Origin: Marsupella aquatica
Lineage: Eukaryota; Plantae; Marchantiophyta
Length of the DNA: 64,000 nt
Direction: 5' to 3'
Assembly (NCBI GenBank): GCA_973895155.1
Contig: OZ316896.1
Span: 8,019,539-8,083,538, forward strand
Under the pieces are notes generated by a model, which worked only from the letters and a program-made list of their open reading frames with translations, was not told the origin of the DNA and made no database searches. A program made the position numbers and the translations under genes. Below are positions 59,835 to 64,000 of this stretch, in pieces (the first letter of the stretch is position 1; each line of letters starts with the position of its first letter).

Positions 59835-62800
59835 CTAATCCAGTAACATGTCATTGAGATCATCCTCATTAGGCATTCTGGGAGGTTCTTCGGCTTCTTC
59901 TTCATTCTCGACCTTCTTCATGACTTCAACAGTGAAAGTCAAAGTCCCCAATGTTCCCAATTGGCCTCCAATCGGTGATTGAATCTCTAGACCTTCGCCG
60001 CCTTGCCCTTCAATCTGTGCTTCATCATATAAATTCCAGTTTGACTCTAGAGTCATAATCCGATGTCTCACAAAATCAATCTGTGCAGCATTTTTATCGA
60101 CCGCACAACCCTGGCAAGAATTGAGAAGAGCCGCAGCTAACATGGATCCGGTTCCGCAGCAAAGATCCATAACCCAGTCATTTTTCTCCGAGAAATGAGT
60201 AACGAACCAAGCACCCAAACCAACAGGCTTTTGGTACGGGTTCACAACATAGCCCAACGGATCAACAGACTTTTGGTTACACATGGAACCTTGATGATAT
60301 TGATGCGAGACTCATCCGGTTGGAAATTGTACATGTTCATGTTTTGGATGCCTTCCTTGCTGTAGAATCCCATCGACCAGTTTTCAAAACCCCACGCCAA
60401 TCAAGCACCGGCGGGACGCTCATGAATGTTAGTCTTCTCCCAAATTCCAGACTCAACCCCACAGTTGCACACAATCTTGAGCGCAGACATGACCATATTT
60501 TTTTGCTATAATGAATGGATCACAACAAACCTCCACTACTTAGCAGCTGTCATGTTCAAAAAACTTCTCACCATATCTACAACATCCTTTTCTATGAAGG
60601 ACACTTCATCAAACTCCGAACCAGGCGCATTAAAACCATACGGAATGTCGGCAAGAGTGTAAGGTTTTGCCTCCACAAAAGAATCCAAAATTCGAACATC
60701 CCCAACATGGAGATAGTAAGGGAAAGAATCTCCGTCAGCATTTTTCCATATTTGCTCCGCGGCTTCTCGTGCGTCCTTGCCTAGCGCCTAAAGCCGGTTG
60801 TACCGATCAATTGCAGCAAGCACAAAATTCTTGAACACATACGGGATGTCACCGGAGGGAACAATAACCTCCCCCGCCGAATTATATTGCACAGGTAGAA
60901 CAACTTTATTTTTCCGCTTTGACCCAATCTTCAGCTGTAACAAAGGTTGCACAAAATTCCAATCATAATGAAATCGCTTAACGAATACGAAAGCCGTTAA
61001 AAATCTCGGGAATGAAATGAGTTATGCAAAAATGTACTGATGGAATGGCAAGGCCGATAAAAATCTCGTGATGATTTTTGAATGGAACGAGGAATGCAAA
61101 AATCTACTAATGGAATGGCAAGGCCGATAAAAATCTTGGGGAGAGACGGATGCTTACCGCTTCGCTCAACTTCTCTGCCCATGTTCCCAGGACGGAAACA
61201 TCCGTCTCATTTGGAAACATTTCTCTGCACGTTGCCCAGTCGGGCTACCCAGATATCTGCAAGAATAATTTCTTCACCTTGGAAAGTTTTTTCAGCTTTT
61301 CCCCTTCCTTGTGCATTTGATCCAAGGTGATCACTTTCCCAATGACCCTATTCAAGAGCCGCTTAACATGCTCCTTAGTTGACTGTCCTTGAAGACCTCG
61401 AAAAGTATTTAAATTGAGGTCACCTGCAAGTTTATTCATTTTAATCTCTTTCAGCGTTAAAGGTTTAACCTTTCCCTTTGCATTTGTTGTTGCCATGATC
61501 TTTTTGGGTTGTCCCAAGACAGTCCCCTTCTCCCACATCTGGAAAACTTTCTTCTAAAGATCCCAAATTTCACCCATTCGAAAAGCAATCTGGAATGTTG
61601 GGTCATGTTTGGCCATGCTGTCACGAACACCGGGAGTGTATTGCAGCATACATTCCTGACAACAAGCTTCGCAAACATCCTTGTTTGATCCTACATCCAT
61701 TTCAACAAAGATATTGTGGCACGCACAAACTCTATCGATATGAGTCATGTTCTTCCTATACTCCTGGTCATAATTGTGCTGGAAGCCCAACTTCCGGACC
61801 TCCGACTTGGTAAGTCCTGCGTATACCCAAGCTTCCAGCTCACCATAAATCTGCTTCCCATACATTTTATACAACTCGGCCTTTGCCCGAGCACCATGAT
61901 TTCCTCCAATAATTCTATACTTCCATACTCTGGACTTTAGAATGTCCCAATCCTTGATTGTGGGACAATCCTCCGGATCCACACACAGTAGTGGGGTTTT
62001 TCCTTAGAAGAATCTTGATATTCTCCACATGCAATTAATTTGTCCACTAGTCTGATCAAAGTTCACTTCTCTCCAGCTTCATCAAAAATTAAATTGTCGA
62101 CATGCAAGAGGACAGTTGTCCTTTGAACCCTTTGCTGCATCAGCAGACTGAGCTCCGCTTTGATGGCGTCAGTCTCATACATCGAAAGAGCAGTCTCCTC
62201 CTCTTCATCAATCTAGAAAATGCCGTTTGAAATTAGATTATGAAAGAAACAACAAGATTTTTATCGGAATCCTCTTTCGTCAATAGAAAATCAAAGTTTG
62301 GTAGCACTTACCGATCGAACCTCGGCTTGTATATCTGAACGAGGCAAACGCTCATCAAGCAAAGGAGGATCCATATCGATCAGGGCTTCCACTCCTTCTA
62401 GGGCTGTGGATAAACTCCAACCTGTTCTCTTTCTCTTAACGCTAACTCCAGAACCAGATGGCCCCGATCCCTCAGATCCTCTACTCTCGCTTACATTTAT
62501 GTAAGGCGCTTCCAAAACGCCTAAACCTGCACTGGTTGCACGACCTCGACGAATGCCGCTGCCCCTTCTCCCGCCCTCAGAGGGACCAGCAAAATCTTCC
62601 ATGATGTTCCCTCTCCCTCTCCCTTTCCCCCTGCCACTTCCCTTCCCCGAACCACTTTTGGGCTCGTCCAAAGCCGTACCTCCAGCACTTTTTGCCGATG
62701 AAGCTCCACTCCCGTTAGAACCAGGCCTCTTAATAACTATTTTCCGGATGGGTCTGAATTCTTCACCTGTGAGCCTCTTGTACTCTGCGTTCACCCTTGG

Positions 62801-63217
62801 TAGCATGATGAGATCACAATCTTGGACAAACTGGCACACCCAAGCTGGGCCCATAAGATTCATTACTTTTGTTGACCTAACTTCCGCGACAAGCGCGTCT
62901 TCAAGGTAACTCTCAAGGGATTTCTCAAGAAAGTTCTCCATGGTGACAATGACAGAGGTGAATCCCTTGCCTCCACACATTGTCAAGAAACTCAGACCCT
63001 CTTTCAACACTTTTGCCTCTCCCTGGCTAATCAAGTACTCACAGATCGCCACACCAACAACGGGGCCAAACAAGAGAGTAACCTTTGCGGATTTTTGCAT
63101 CTGGACCCAAAGGATAGGAGACTCACAGTCTACCATATCCTTGGATTGTAACCTGGCGTCGCGGAAGTACCACGGTTTCTTGATGAACCCTAAAACCAAA
63201 AACCGGCATGCAAACAT
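59835..63217 (-). pseudogene. Multi-exon gene: ParB/Srx-like domain fused to a beta-class N6-adenine/N4-cytosine DNA methyltransferase
   Basis: YRIIGGNHGARA (61554-61982); LHVGDVRIL, motif IV ADIPYG (60649-60638), YQKPV, motif I VMDLCCGTGSMLAAA, AVDKN; introns 62213-62311 and 60935-61157; stops and frameshifts. Confidence 0.8.
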
Positions 63218-63481
63218 CGATACAATGAACTCAGAAAGTCCTCATTCACGTACAAGCATTAGGTCATTCCACGAGCGATACCAACTCCGATAAAATTATC
63301 GCAAACAAATATGAGCACGATATAAATTGACGGCCGAGATTACATTATCGTATGTGTCAACATCTGAAAATGAGAGCAACACCGATAAAATTATCGCAAA
63401 AGTGGTCCAAACAAAAAGTGAGCCTTCTTTAAATTGACGACCAACTGTACATGTGATAATGTGCCTAATCAATCATCCCAC

Positions 63482-63768
63482 CTCGGGGGGTTGACTATCA
63501 ACAATCTTAGGAACCACGTGCGATCCAAAATATGTATTTTTCATATAAATTAGCTAAATTTTTAAAAAGCGTAGGAAGCAAAAGAAGTTATTATAAACCT
63601 ATATTTGTAGAATATTCTCTAATATATACCTTTTATAAAGTAAAATAGATCATTTGTATTGAAAATAGAGAATATTTTTAGAATATTCCCATAATAAAAT
63701 AGGTGTGTTTATATTAGGCTAGGATCGCACGTGGTACCCCAAAATATACACTAAGTTAACCCCCCGAG
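63482..63768. mobile_element. MITE (287 bp) with 8-bp TSD CATCCCAC
   Basis: TIRs CTCGGGGGGTTGACT / AGTTAACCCCCCGAG plus inner ACCACGTGCGATCC / GGATCGCACGTGGT; TSD at 63474-63481 and 63769-63776; AT-rich core. Confidence 0.88.
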
Positions 63769-64000
63769 CATCCCACCCAAGATCAAACCACGCTACAGCA
63801 AAGCAAGAGATTAGCTTCTTGGGCCATTGGGGTATATGAGTGATCCTATGATCATAGGCCCACAGCCAATGAAAATCTGTGGCACCGGTCTCAGGATTAA
63901 CTACAACTACTGAATAGCGGCGTGACGGAACGTCACAACAGGCATTTGTGCAACACTGACACATCTCACCATTGTCAAGGACATTTGTCCATAAACAAGA

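Larger units (their letters stand above)
53420..64000. mobile_element. Element C: large Sola-like DNA transposon with a convergent ParB-methyltransferase gene; ends not visible
   Basis: Palindrome CCGATAA-NN-TTATCGG occurs in introns of both genes and in spacers (54653-63397). Confidence 0.65.

Noticed and set aside
59835-63217. Bacterial or phage contamination explaining the ParB and MTase genes
   Set aside because: The genes have GT-AG introns and are interleaved with plant-type LINE, LTR and MITE insertions bearing TSDs.

Overview
Eukaryotic, fully repeat-derived window with no host genes. GT-AG introns, TTTAGGG-like repeats and plant-type LTR/LINE elements suggest a plant, probably a non-seed plant such as a liverwort or moss (inference). 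It is a nest of mostly decayed transposons. The backbone is three large cargo-carrying DNA transposons. A (<219-~15100) has a Sola-like/DUF7869-type transposase, a 256-bp array, three F-box-like ORFs and a ParB-like gene with a degenerate methylase-like region. B (~23500-42600) has a Mutator-like GCM/DDE/SWIM transposase head-to-head with a ParB-like gene. C (~53420->64000) has a Sola-like transposase converging on a ParB-like + amino-DNA-methyltransferase gene. Main finding: each element carries 10-20 or more copies of its own 15-18-bp palindrome, found only in its introns and spacers (A: CACGCGAC-NN-GTCGCGTG; B: TAGCGCC-N-GGCGCTA; C: CCGATAA-NN-TTATCGG). This suggests a parS/ParB-like self-recognition or anti-silencing system. 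Inserted into the backbone are: a Ty3/Gypsy element encoding a DNMT3-like C5 methylase and a PHD finger, with split A...B-A-B terminal repeats and a 4-bp TSD; two families of 3.5-4-kb protein-coding LTRs; two related LTR-like leaders with a conserved pair of small ORFs; a solo LTR; a 5'-truncated LINE; a CACAGTG-ended TIR element; and a MITE. All protein-family calls are by motif recognition only; no searches were run.
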